Below, in pieces: positions 38,868 to 49,300 of a DNA stretch of 64,000 nt. This stretch comes from a bacterium (lineage in GTDB: Bacteria; SZUA-182; DTGQ01; JAFGSM01), in assembly GCA_049472315.1 (NCBI GenBank), contig JBLIRN010000016.1, positions 1 to 64,000 on the forward strand, given 5' to 3'. A program made the translations under genes and the position numbers. The notes beneath the pieces were generated by a model that made no database searches, was not told the DNA's origin, and saw only the letters and a program-made list of their open reading frames with translations. Positions within the stretch are counted from its first letter, which is position 1. The number at the start of each line of letters is the position of its first letter.

Positions 38868-40742
38868 ATGGAGAATACCACGAGCATAAAGCGCCTACCC
38901 ATTGGAGAAATCCTGCTCCAGAACGGATTTCTGACAAAGAAACAACTGGACGAGGCGCTCCTTGTTCAGCAAAGACACAAGGAGCAACGGAAAAGGCTCG
39001 GAGAGATACTCATTCAGCGCGGCATCATAAGCGAGGAGGATCTCCTCGACTCGCTGGCCATGCAGGTCGACATGACCTTCCTCCCCCTCATGAAACCCTA
39101 TCAGCCCCTCTCATCCCTGGTGATCCAGGACAAGGATCATAATATTCAGCGTTACATAAAGACCATGGGCTTTTTCATCGAGATCGGTATCCTCATCAGT
39201 GAAAATCCCGACATCAATACCCTGGTGAAATTGATTGCCCAAAAGGCCCCCGCCATTATGGAAGCGGAGCGCAGCAGCATCTTTTTTCTTGATCGGAATG
39301 AAAAGGAACTTCGCTCCTTGATCGCCCTCGGCACAAAGGGGAATGTGCTCCATTTTGACAAGAATCTTGGCGTTGCCGGGCACGTGCTGAAGACAGGGAA
39401 GCTGGTCAACATCACCGATGCCTACACATGTCCCTTCTTCAATCCCGACATCGACAAGAAGACAGGGTACACCACCAGGAGCATTCTCTGTACCCCCATT
39501 CTCAATCCAAGCGGCAGGCCTTTCGGCGTGTTTGAGGTGCTCAACAAGAGGCAGGGGCATTTCACCAAGGAGGACGAAATCCTGATACAGATCCTGGTCT
39601 CCCAGATCTCCATTGCCTTCGAGAATATCAACACCTGGAATGAGTTCAAGTTGATCAAGGAGTCCCTCAGCCAGGAAAACATCAACCTCAGGAGGGAGAC
39701 AAAGAAGGAATACGGTTTTTCACAGATCATCGGCATGAACGACGGTGTGGTGAAGACCATGGAAACGGCGATGCAAACGGCGCAGTTCAATATACCGGTT
39801 ACCATCGAGGGCGAAAGCGGCACCGGCAAGGAGCTCCTTGCGAAGGCCATCCATTACAACAGCCCGCGCGCCGAGGCCCCGTTCATCTGTGTGAATTGTG
39901 CGGCGATACCGGAAAATCTCCTCGAATCGGAGCTGTTTGGGTATGAAAGGGGTGCGTTCACCGGTGCCAACACCTCCAGGATCGGGCTCCTGGAGGAGGC
40001 CGACAAGGGAACCCTCTTTCTGGATGAGATCGGTGATATGGACCCTAAACTGCAGGTGAAGATCCTTCGTTTCCTGCAGAGCGGAGAGATTCAGCGGCTG
40101 GGGAGTAACAGGATCAAGAGGGTTGATGTACGGATCATTACGGCGACCAACCGGAACCTCGCCCATCTCATGAAGGAAGGCAGGTTCAGGGAGGACCTCT
40201 ACTATCGGATCAATGTGGTGAGCTTCAAGCTATCCCCCCTCAGGGAGCGGAAGGACGATATCCCGCTTTTGGTGAGGCATTTTGTACAGAAATTCGGTCC
40301 ATCCTTGAACAGCGCGATCAAGGGGGTCAGCGACGAGGCCCAGGAACTGCTTTTGATGTACACCTATCCGGGAAATATCAGGGAACTTGAGAATATCATC
40401 AAGAGGGCAATGGTCATTGCAGAGGGTCCCCTGATAACACCCCAGGACCTTCCCGAGCACGTGCAAGCGACGAGGGGCATGGACGCCGGTTTCATAGCCT
40501 CCGATGCCCCCATTGCCGCTGTCCAGGACTATACCACCTATAAGCGTATGAAGTCCCAGGCAAAAAGGGAATTGGAGGAGCACATGGACACACGTTTCCT
40601 CACCGATCTTTTAAAGGAGACCGGAGGGAATGTCGCCCGGGCCGCCCGGCAGGCCAATATGAATCGCTCCCTTCTCCACCAGATGATCCAGCGGTACAAC
40701 CTGGATATCTATCAATATCGCTCAAAAACAGGGAACAGTTAG
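38868..40742 (+). CDS. Sigma54 enhancer-binding protein with MshEN-like N-terminus, GAF, AAA+ and Fis-type HTH
   Basis: IGEILLQNGFL..QLDEALLVQ / RLGEILIQRGII.EEDLLDSLAMQ; GESGTGKE, GAFTGA, FLDEIG, FREDLYYR, PGNIREL, GNVARAA. Confidence 0.93.
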   Translation: MENTTSIKRLPIGEILLQNGFLTKKQLDEALLVQQRHKEQRKRLGEILIQRGIISEEDLLDSLAMQVDMTFLPLMKPYQPLSSLVIQDKDHNIQRYIKTMGFFIEIGILISENPDINTLVKLIAQKAPAIMEAERSSIFFLDRNEKELRSLIALGTKGNVLHFDKNLGVAGHVLKTGKLVNITDAYTCPFFNPDIDKKTGYTTRSILCTPILNPSGRPFGVFEVLNKRQGHFTKEDEILIQILVSQISIAFENINTWNEFKLIKESLSQENINLRRETKKEYGFSQIIGMNDGVVKTMETAMQTAQFNIPVTIEGESGTGKELLAKAIHYNSPRAEAPFICVNCAAIPENLLESELFGYERGAFTGANTSRIGLLEEADKGTLFLDEIGDMDPKLQVKILRFLQSGEIQRLGSNRIKRVDVRIITATNRNLAHLMKEGRFREDLYYRINVVSFKLSPLRERKDDIPLLVRHFVQKFGPSLNSAIKGVSDEAQELLLMYTYPGNIRELENIIKRAMVIAEGPLITPQDLPEHVQATRGMDAGFIASDAPIAAVQDYTTYKRMKSQAKRELEEHMDTRFLTDLLKETGGNVARAARQANMNRSLLHQMIQRYNLDIYQYRSKTGNS

Positions 40743-40876
40743 AAAATAGTAACAGGTGTTAGTATTCAATCACACCCGAATACTATCAAATAACAATAAA
40801 TAAAACATAGTGTTAGCGACAATATCCATCCATTTGATCATTTCCTTCGCCCGAAAGGTGTTAGTAAATGATAACA
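40737..40876 (+). promoter_or_regulatory. Three candidate enhancer (UAS) palindromes TGTTA-N8-TAACA
   Basis: 40737 AGTTA-gaaaatag-TAACA; 40757 TGTTA-gtattcaa-TCACA; 40859 TGTTA-gtaaatga-TAACA. Confidence 0.6.
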
Positions 40877-41031
40877 GGTCTGCTCCCTATAACCTGCCCC
40901 TGCCCTGATATGACATACGATCCCTTCGTTCGGTTGGTGTTTAATAAGAAACAACAATAACAATATATTAGTAGGATTTTGATGGTGTTCATGCCCTCCT
41001 TCTTGAATCATTTTTCTCGTATCGTCAGGGG

Positions 41032-41047
41032 TGGCATTGCAGTTGCA
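41032..41047 (+). promoter_or_regulatory. Sigma54 -24/-12 promoter
   Basis: TGGCATTGCAGTTGCA, GG-N10-GC with TTGCA. Confidence 0.75.
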
Positions 41048-41231
41048 CACAAGGGGAACAACGCTACGGTCCAGGAAGGGTATCAAAACAAGACAGCGAA
41101 TCGAACAGGATGATTGAAGATTCATGGTGAACGGGGAGAAAAGGGGGGGAACAATGATCAACGGAGACCATTGGATAAAACACAAGGATATGCTCCTGTG
41201 GGATGGAAACAACACACGGAGGGAGGAACAA

Positions 41232-41729
41232 ATGAACGCAACAACAAGACGTGATATTTCCTTTTTGTGCAGCGTGTTTCTGATGTTCGCCCTTTTGCTC
41301 TTCCTGCTGATGACCCTGGTTTCCTACAGCTATGCCGGCGCATACATTGTGGGTACAGCGGCCCAGGATTACCTTAATGCCCCTGCCGTCGGGTCGAATG
41401 TCGTGGGGTACCTGGTTGGCGATTACATCAACCCTTCACTTACCCATCTGAACCTCTTTGTCAAAAAGTGCGAATGCCTCAAACGGGATGAGTACCGGTA
41501 TGATGAAGGGGTCCTCGTCACGTACGTCCAAAACCTGTCCAAGGAGGAATTCGACAGCCTCACCCCGCAGGTACTGGTCGGCATGGTCGACTCCGGTGGT
41601 CAGCTGGCGAACGCCCTTGTCTATGGAACGGGTCTCATGCCCGTAATAGATCGGGTGCTCGAGTATAAAAAGACAGACAATCAGTTCACGGCCAGATTAA
41701 GCATAAAATTCGTGTATATGAATCCCTGA
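41232..41729 (+). CDS. Exported hypothetical protein
   Basis: SD GGAGG before ATG 41232; signal peptide ending SYA; no family recognised. Confidence 0.75.
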   Translation: MNATTRRDISFLCSVFLMFALLLFLLMTLVSYSYAGAYIVGTAAQDYLNAPAVGSNVVGYLVGDYINPSLTHLNLFVKKCECLKRDEYRYDEGVLVTYVQNLSKEEFDSLTPQVLVGMVDSGGQLANALVYGTGLMPVIDRVLEYKKTDNQFTARLSIKFVYMNP

Positions 41730-41812
41730 ACGTGAATGACGGGTGAAGCCTCAACAGGCAGTGGACATATGATCCATGAGCAGTTAAACATGCCAAGCAC
41801 TCAGGGGCATTC

Positions 41813-44047
41813 ATGGGAAAGGAAGGGATCATGATGAAGAACCACATAGGAAAAGTCCCTGTGCCGGTGTTGATAACAGGCGGCCTTGCCCTCCTGGGGT
41901 TGGGGGTTCTATGCCTGTTTTGTGCCCTTGAATCAAGAAATGCAGCTTTTATGTGCAGCAATCCGGCGGCGGAAATCCGTCTGACGGACCCGATCCGTGA
42001 GAATGATGGGGATAGGACCGATCATGAGACAGGCAGCGGGTATTCCGCTATGAATGAACAAGGGTCGTCCATCAGCTCTTTTATCACAAAGAAACACAAT
42101 ACGGGGGATGCCGTGGTATCGGAGGACCCTCTGGAAGACAGGGAGCAGGAGGAAACGTCATCCCGCCCAGTTCGATACAGCACCAGGCATATCCTGGTGA
42201 AATTCACACCCGAGGTCGAGGAAGAAATCGATCGGGGTGAAAAACCTCCGGTGCCGGGAAAACTTCAATGCGTACTTCCCAAGGGAAGGGTGTGGAAGGT
42301 GGAGGTGGAGGCGGACGGATCCGTAGAGGAGCTTCTGGAGGAGTATCAAGGCGATCATGCGGACATGGTGCAATATGCACAGCTTGATTACGAGTGCGAT
42401 GCCCAGGGCGGATTTGATAAGGACCGTTTGAAACGTTTTGCCTCTTCCATAGAGAAGAGGATGGGGAATAAAAAGCTGCAGCAAAAGCCAAAGAGAAGAT
42501 GGGGGAAGTCTGAAAAGTATAGCTCTGAGGATTCATTCCTCTGGTATCTCAAAAATATCGATATCGAGACCGCCTGGGTCAAGACCTTCGGAAACCCGTC
42601 GGTGACGGTCGCACTTCTTGATACGGGGGTGGCCTATGAAGAGTATCCGATTCAAGAGCACGAGCTTCCCCGTCTCTCCACCAGGAGTGAGTCGTATATG
42701 AATGCACAGGGTCTGGAAAGGGCAGCCATTTGGATAAATGAAGGGGAAGTGCCGGGCAACGGTATGGACGATGACCTTAACGGGTATGTTGACGACGTGA
42801 ACGGATTCGATTTTATCGATCGTGACGCCCATCCCAACGATGATAACGGCCATGGCACTCATCTCGCAAATCTGATCTGGCACAGCACCACAGAGGCCAG
42901 CATCGGTATTGCACCCGATTGCACGCTCATGATCGTCAAGGTGCTCGATCATCGGGGAAAGGGCTTTTCCTGCACACTGGCGGAAGGGATTTACTATGCC
43001 GTTGATCATGGCGCGGACATCATCAACCTCAGCCTTGCGTGGCCTGTTGGTCTCGAACCGGGTCCCGTTGTTCATGATGCCATCCTCCATGCCCACAATG
43101 CCGGGGTGATCGTGGTGGCCGGGACCGGGAACGATGCGCGTGATGCGGTATGCTATCCCGCAGCCTACAATGAGGTAATCGCCGTTGGAGCGGTCCAGTT
43201 CGACTCACGTCTGGCCTATTATTCGAACCACGGACCTGAGGCGGAGGTCGTGGCGCCCGGAGGGAATCTCTACCTCGACCTTGATGGGGATCGTTATCCG
43301 GACGGGATACTGCAGGAGACCTTTGATCCGCGGTATGAAATGACCGACCGGGGAGAGATCCTGGCGGACCCCTCACGGATCGGATATACATTCCTGCAGG
43401 GAACGTCCATGGCAACCGGAATCACCACCGGGGTGATCGCCCTGATCCTCTCCGTTGACCCTTCGCTCGATACAGGGGGTATACGGGATATCCTTGCCAA
43501 GACCGCGCTGGATCTCGGCCCTCAGGGCAGGGATGCCGAGTACGGCTACGGACTGATCAATGCCGGCGGCGCTATCTCGTTCCTCAGCGGGCTGAAAGGC
43601 AGGGGATCCTATCTGGCAGGGGTGAATCTCAGCCTCACCAAGAAGGGGAATATACGCAATGCTGTCACAGAAAAAGATGCGCCCAAGAAATTAAAGGATA
43701 AAAGGGACAAGCATGACGACGATGATGACGACTATTGGGATGATGACAATAAATTCCGTGCCATCAGTGCCTGGTGGATCGGCAATATGGATATGGACGA
43801 TGACGGGTATGTTTCCTACATGGCCGGGGGCTTGGACTGCGATGATCATGATCCCGCCGTCTACCCGGGCGCCCCTGAGATCGCAAATGACGGGATCGAT
43901 CAGGACTGCGATGGTGAGGACCTCGTGCTTACCAACGTGAACCTGAGCAATAATTGCGAGTGTGCGGAAGGAACCGAGGCGGACCCCGAAATCCCGGAGT
44001 ATGTTACCTGCGACAACGGCGAAGAGATCGGGGAGGGGTGCATTTAA
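41813..44047 (+). CDS. Secreted S8 (subtilisin-like) serine protease with C-terminal MopE-like metal-binding motif
   Basis: Catalytic triad motifs LLDTG, NGHGTH and GTSMA; NGMDDDLNGYVDD loop; DCDDHDPAVYPGAPEIANDGIDQDCDG. Confidence 0.93.
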   Translation: MGKEGIMMKNHIGKVPVPVLITGGLALLGLGVLCLFCALESRNAAFMCSNPAAEIRLTDPIRENDGDRTDHETGSGYSAMNEQGSSISSFITKKHNTGDAVVSEDPLEDREQEETSSRPVRYSTRHILVKFTPEVEEEIDRGEKPPVPGKLQCVLPKGRVWKVEVEADGSVEELLEEYQGDHADMVQYAQLDYECDAQGGFDKDRLKRFASSIEKRMGNKKLQQKPKRRWGKSEKYSSEDSFLWYLKNIDIETAWVKTFGNPSVTVALLDTGVAYEEYPIQEHELPRLSTRSESYMNAQGLERAAIWINEGEVPGNGMDDDLNGYVDDVNGFDFIDRDAHPNDDNGHGTHLANLIWHSTTEASIGIAPDCTLMIVKVLDHRGKGFSCTLAEGIYYAVDHGADIINLSLAWPVGLEPGPVVHDAILHAHNAGVIVVAGTGNDARDAVCYPAAYNEVIAVGAVQFDSRLAYYSNHGPEAEVVAPGGNLYLDLDGDRYPDGILQETFDPRYEMTDRGEILADPSRIGYTFLQGTSMATGITTGVIALILSVDPSLDTGGIRDILAKTALDLGPQGRDAEYGYGLINAGGAISFLSGLKGRGSYLAGVNLSLTKKGNIRNAVTEKDAPKKLKDKRDKHDDDDDDYWDDDNKFRAISAWWIGNMDMDDDGYVSYMAGGLDCDDHDPAVYPGAPEIANDGIDQDCDGEDLVLTNVNLSNNCECAEGTEADPEIPEYVTCDNGEEIGEGCI

Positions 44048-44171
44048 GGGATAGCCCCTCGTTGAGGATTAATGAACCCCTCGTGATGTCGTGTGGAAAC
44101 CGTCCGCTCCTTCTTTGATCCGTATGGGTCTAATTCCAGGCCCCTTGGTGCGCCTTAAAAAATTCCTTTGA

Positions 44172-44195
44172 TACCCCGCTGCTTGCAGCGGGGTA
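44172..44195. repeat. GC-rich perfect palindrome (REP-like or terminator)
   Basis: taccccgctgc-tt-gcagcggggta. Confidence 0.55.
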
Positions 44196-44642
44196 GTGTA
44201 TTGTGTCCCTGTTCAAGATTCCTCTTGGCCTGCAGGGAGTGGAAACGGCTTTTCTGCAGGATGATGGCCCGCCCCTCATAAAAGTTGAACTCGTTCTCAT
44301 ACCCTCTATGAATTTACTCCCCTCGTACACAGGGGCTCATTATCTATAATCTCGTTGAATTTAAAGCAAAAGATTGCATCTGTCATTCAGGCATCGTTTA
44401 TGCTCCATTTGTTTGAAAGAGGTAGAAAACTGTTCATGAAGCGGAAGGGGGTGAAAACGAGAACAGCAGGGAAGGTATTCCACGAACACTGTTCCATTGC
44501 TTCATAGCACTCTACATAGTCGAGGGTGTCAGCAACTATCATCGAGTTTCTCCTCATGCTCCTGTGGTCTTTTTGCAGGATGAGGAGCAGCGTCACCGTT
44601 TCTATCATCATGTGTAAGGTTACGGAAAGGGGTGTTTCATTT

Positions 44643-45293
44643 ATGATTAAAAAAAATCCTTGCAAATCATGTATCATCATCGTATCACTCGTATTTTTGT
44701 GCTGTGTTGCCATTGTGGGAACAGCCCTGGCCCAGGACTACTGGACGGCACTGCCTCCCTATAACACGCTGTGGCCGTTGTGGTCTCCGGCCCTGTCTCC
44801 GGTTGATGCCACCACAGGGCTCCCTGTGCCGATTGTAAGCAGTCTTGCGCCTTCCACGGTGCTCCCGGTGCAGCCCGGATTGACATGGAATCCGAGCCTG
44901 AATTATCCCTGGCTGCTCTACAATACCCCCGTGGGCATGGCCTATTTCGATCCCTTCTATGGAATCAATTTCTGGCCTCCAAGCAGCCTGTTGGATGCAT
45001 CGGGCGCGGCAGCTCCCCTGGGGCTTCCTGATCTGTACAATCAATTGCCGCCCACCGATACCCTCTGGCTGCAACAGAACGTGCTTTTTGCAAACAACTA
45101 CTTCCTGCAGGCGTGGCCCTCGTTGCTGGGCACTGCGGATCCGGCGCTCCTGATCGCAGCGGCCACGGTGCCTCTTGCTCCGCCGGTGATCCTCGCCCTG
45201 AATGCCGGGATCCCGCTGGCCGGTCTGACCACACTCTTCCCGGCTCCCGATATCTTTGATTTTCTGACTCCGGCAGCACTCTTGGGATGGTAA
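44643..45293 (+). CDS. Exported Pro/Leu/Trp-rich hypothetical protein with mature N-terminal Gln
   Basis: SD-like GAAAGGGG; ...TALA|QDYWTALPPYNTLWPLWSPALSP; no Lys or Arg in the mature part. Confidence 0.85.
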   Translation: MIKKNPCKSCIIIVSLVFLCCVAIVGTALAQDYWTALPPYNTLWPLWSPALSPVDATTGLPVPIVSSLAPSTVLPVQPGLTWNPSLNYPWLLYNTPVGMAYFDPFYGINFWPPSSLLDASGAAAPLGLPDLYNQLPPTDTLWLQQNVLFANNYFLQAWPSLLGTADPALLIAAATVPLAPPVILALNAGIPLAGLTTLFPAPDIFDFLTPAALLGW

Positions 45294-45301
45294 TAATGTT
45301 T

Positions 45302-45337
45302 CCCTGACCCTCTCACCGCACGGTGAGAGGGTCAGGG
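45302..45337. terminator. Long perfect hairpin between convergent genes
   Basis: ccctgaccctctcaccg-ca-cggtgagagggtcaggg. Confidence 0.75.
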
Positions 45338-46081
45338 GATATCAACTGCCATCAGGTCCTCCGCCAGCATCACATCCCCGTCATACACCCTCCTACACTC
45401 CTCGATACGTATATCATCCGGGAAGGATGTTGGATATATGTGGGAAAGGATGAGTCGCCGTATCCCCGCCTTTTTCGCGATCAGACCGCATTCGCGCGGC
45501 ACCAGATGCCCTCTGACCTTCATTGCATCGGGAAATGAGCAGTCGATAATCAGAAGATCCGCACCAGCGGAGAATGATGCGAGGTTTTGATCATAATCGC
45601 AGTCCCCGGTAAACACCACTGACGTCTCTCCTGTTTCGAAACGATAGGCAAGGCTGTTTTCAGAATGAAGGGTCCTTGTCGCCAACACCAGTGTATCGCC
45701 GAGACTGAGCCTGTCTTCCATCTCCACGATTTCACAGGCAAAGGTTTTCGGTCTTTGAAGCAGGCCGAAGACGCAGGATTCCATGAACCGACGTATTCCC
45801 TCCGGCCCGGCGATCAGGAGGTCCTTCGTGCGAACAAGGCCGGGGGTGGCCACGAGTGCCTGAATGAACGGGATGAGATCGGAGACATGGTCCGGGTGCA
45901 AATGGGTGATAAAGACCGCATCGATCACCTGATACGAAATCCCCGTCCTCTCGAGCTGAAGCAGGGTGCCGCCTCCGCAGTCAACCAGGATATGGCGATC
46001 CGATACGGAGAGATGGTAACCGGATGCATTTCTGGTGAGCGAAGGAACGCAGGTTCCGCTACCCAGAATGGTGAGACGCAT
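45332..46081 (-). CDS. MBL-fold metallo-hydrolase, RNase Z-like
   Basis: MRLTILGSG, VDCG, THLHPDH, FTGD, GHL, LSHIYP. Confidence 0.9.
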   Translation of the reverse strand: MRLTILGSGTCVPSLTRNASGYHLSVSDRHILVDCGGGTLLQLERTGISYQVIDAVFITHLHPDHVSDLIPFIQALVATPGLVRTKDLLIAGPEGIRRFMESCVFGLLQRPKTFACEIVEMEDRLSLGDTLVLATRTLHSENSLAYRFETGETSVVFTGDCDYDQNLASFSAGADLLIIDCSFPDAMKVRGHLVPRECGLIAKKAGIRRLILSHIYPTSFPDDIRIEECRRVYDGDVMLAEDLMAVDIP

Positions 46082-46390
46082 ACCTTTCCTCACACCTTTT
46101 AACAATTGAATACTTCCAAGAATTGCCCAACAGTTTTTGGATGCCGGCGCAAAGGCATGCAGCATGCTGTATTTACAAACCAAGTGAGTATATTCCATAC
46201 CATGAGCGTGGTCAACATGATCACCGGGATATCTTCGCCGGCATATTTACATACCATAGTGCCTGGAGTGGTCCTCCGAAGATTCCAACGAGCAGCTATT
46301 TTTGATCTCCATTGATGGCGGATCAGGCGGTGATTTCAGAACATTTTATCCCTGGATTCCGATAAAAACTTATATATTCTTTAAACAGGG

Positions 46391-49300
46391 ATGAAGACCC
46401 TTTATGTGAGTAATCCCCATGCCCTGGTGGATGAAGGGGGTTGCCCATTAGCAATCAGGCAGGTTGAGGAATATATGGAATATAAAGAATTTCACTATTT
46501 TCTTGAACATATGGGCAAGGATCCGGCGCGGCTGATCTTCGAGGATGAGCTCACCGGTCTTTACAATCGTCGCTATCTGCATCATCACCTGCAATTCAAG
46601 ATCCCCTGGAATGATCCCGAAGATCACCCCCTCTCCCTGATCATGATTGATGTCGATCATTTCAAGGAGATCAATGATAGCTATGGTCACAACATGGGTG
46701 ATGAGGCCCTGGTATGGATTGCACACATCCTCAAGGAGGTGAGCGGGGATGAGGCGATTCCCGTCCGGTATGCGGGAGATGAATTCGTGGTGCTCCTCCC
46801 CTTCCAGGACAAAAAGGCGGCGTTTGAAATGGCGGAGCGAATGCTCCGGCGGGTACAGGAGCAACCCTTCCATTCGAGTGAAAACGACAGGGACATGCCC
46901 GTTACCCTCAGCATGGGGATCGCAACCACCCTGATGAACTCTCAGGGTGGAAAGGGCCTCATTCAAAAGGCCGACACCGCACTGTATTATGCCAAAAAGA
47001 CAGGCCGTAACCGGCTTGCAGATGCCGATGACATTGACCTGGATCAGGTGCTGACGAAGACCGCCATCTATCACCTCAACGAAATCAAGATTACCGGGAG
47101 GAAAAGACAACTGGCGCAGGTTGCGGATGCCTTCAAAAAATTCAGCCAGTGGCAGAGCCAGTTTCTTATTGTCGAGGGCTCCCCGGGCATGGGAAAGACG
47201 GAACTCCTTCGGGCAATCAGCAGCAACCTGGTGCAGCAAAAGGCCCTTCAGGTCAGCGTGCGGGGTTTCCCCCAGGAGATGTTCCGTCCATACTATCTTC
47301 TGACGGACATCCTGATTTCCATATTGACCCAGCTCTATGATTCCGGTCCGGATGCATGCATTGACCTGAATAATGATGAACGATCCTACCTTGCGCACAT
47401 CCTCCCATTTTTGGGAGAATCAAAAGAAAAGGTACAGGATAAGGATCAAAGGTCCTTTCGAGAGGGCATTTTTACAACCCTGCTCCGCTTTATCCCAAAG
47501 GTGCTCAACAATCGTCCCCTCATCCTGTTCATTGATGACCTGCATTACAGTGACGAGGCAACACTCCTGTTGCTGCGGCGCCTGATCCTGCGCGGGGAGG
47601 TTCCCCTTTTTGTATGCGCTACCTCTACGGAAACGTGCGAATCACGGGAAAGGCAACTCTCCCTCCAGCGTTTCTATGAAAATAATCATCAGGAACTGAA
47701 CATCGTCAAGGTTACCCTCACCCCCCTCAACGAGGTGGATGTCATTGATCACATGCACGGGCTTTTTGCCGACCTTTCTCCATCAAAGGATTTCGTGCAG
47801 GATCTCATGGAAATCACCCAGGGCAATCCCCTGTTTCTCAATGAAATCCTGCGCAAGCTCGTCCAGGATCAGAAGATCGTTATGGCGGGTCAGAAGTGGA
47901 TCATGCGTCCCCTTGAGAAGGGATATCTTCCGCGATCCCTGGATGAGATCGTGTGTGAAAAGATCGCCGCACTCGACAAGGAGAATCGCGAGCTTCTCGA
48001 ACACTTCTCCGCCATGGGTGAGGATGTCTCGATGAGCTCCCTGGCGGGGAGTTCGGGAAAAATCGAGAACAACGTCCTTGAATTCATTGATCAGGCGATG
48101 AATCAGGGCCTCATCAGCACGGAATTCAAGCTCAATGACGAGATGGTCCATTTCCTGAGCAAGCGCATCCTCCAGATCACCTACGGAGGGATCGAAGAGG
48201 ATCGCAGACAGGAGATGCACGAGCGTATCGGCACCTACCAGGAAACGCTCTATAACCAGAAATTGCTTCCTTCGGCAGCGACATTGGCCTATCATTTCAA
48301 ACGCTCGGCGGACCAGGAGCGTGCCAGAAAATACGAGCAAGTCACATCCTCCTGGAATACCAAAATTTTTAATGCAACCGAGGCATTGGGATATAAGGAT
48401 GATATAGCGGATGAGTTTCCAGTAGCCGATGAACCCCTTGATTCCGCCGATATGGGTCAGATGCCCGCACTCCTGCGTCAGCTCCTTGGCACGATTAACA
48501 AAATCAAGCTCTATCCCCAAGGAAGCAAATCAGTTACCAAGGCCATTACCCAATTGAAGGAGGCACTCGAGCGGATAACGGAGAATGCGGATATCCTTAC
48601 GATCACGCTCACAGAGGAGAACCTGTTCGTCAATGAACAGGAGCTTGACATCGCCGAATCCAAGGCCGTGGCAAGGGATTTTATCGAATTTCTCAACCAT
48701 CTTGAATTGAAGGGCATAGCCTTTTGCAGGGAGGTTTCCGAGCAGGAACTGGTGACCGTGCTCGAGGCCTTCTGTCGCTTCAAATCAGGTATCATCGCCC
48801 CTGCCTTCTGGAAACGCTTTTGTTCGGAAAACGGCATCACCCACATTAAATTAAAGCAGGTCCGTTATACCAGGGCGGATGATCAGGATGCCGACTATAG
48901 TGAGGATGCCGGCCTGGCTATGGAATCTGAGGATGGACCCCAGCCCGACCTGGAGAGCCTTTCCTCTTCATTCACCCTGAATGCGGAGGATCAGAATCTT
49001 AATCAGGCGGAACTTGACCAGATCCTCGATGTCACCAGGTCGCTGCTTCGGACATTCAAGAACCTGCGATTATATCCCCAGGAAAGCAAGGCGGTGTCCG
49101 ATTCGGTGACAAAGCTCATGAATGCCCTGACCAGCCTCCTGAGCACACATCAGACACTCTCATTTTCCCGGATTAAGGACACATTGCTCGTCAACGGTAT
49201 AAAGGTGGAGGCATCGGATTTCAGGGAACAGATGACCTCGCTCTTTAAATTCCTCGATGAGGCAATGATACACAGCCTCACCTTCATACAGGGACTTTCC

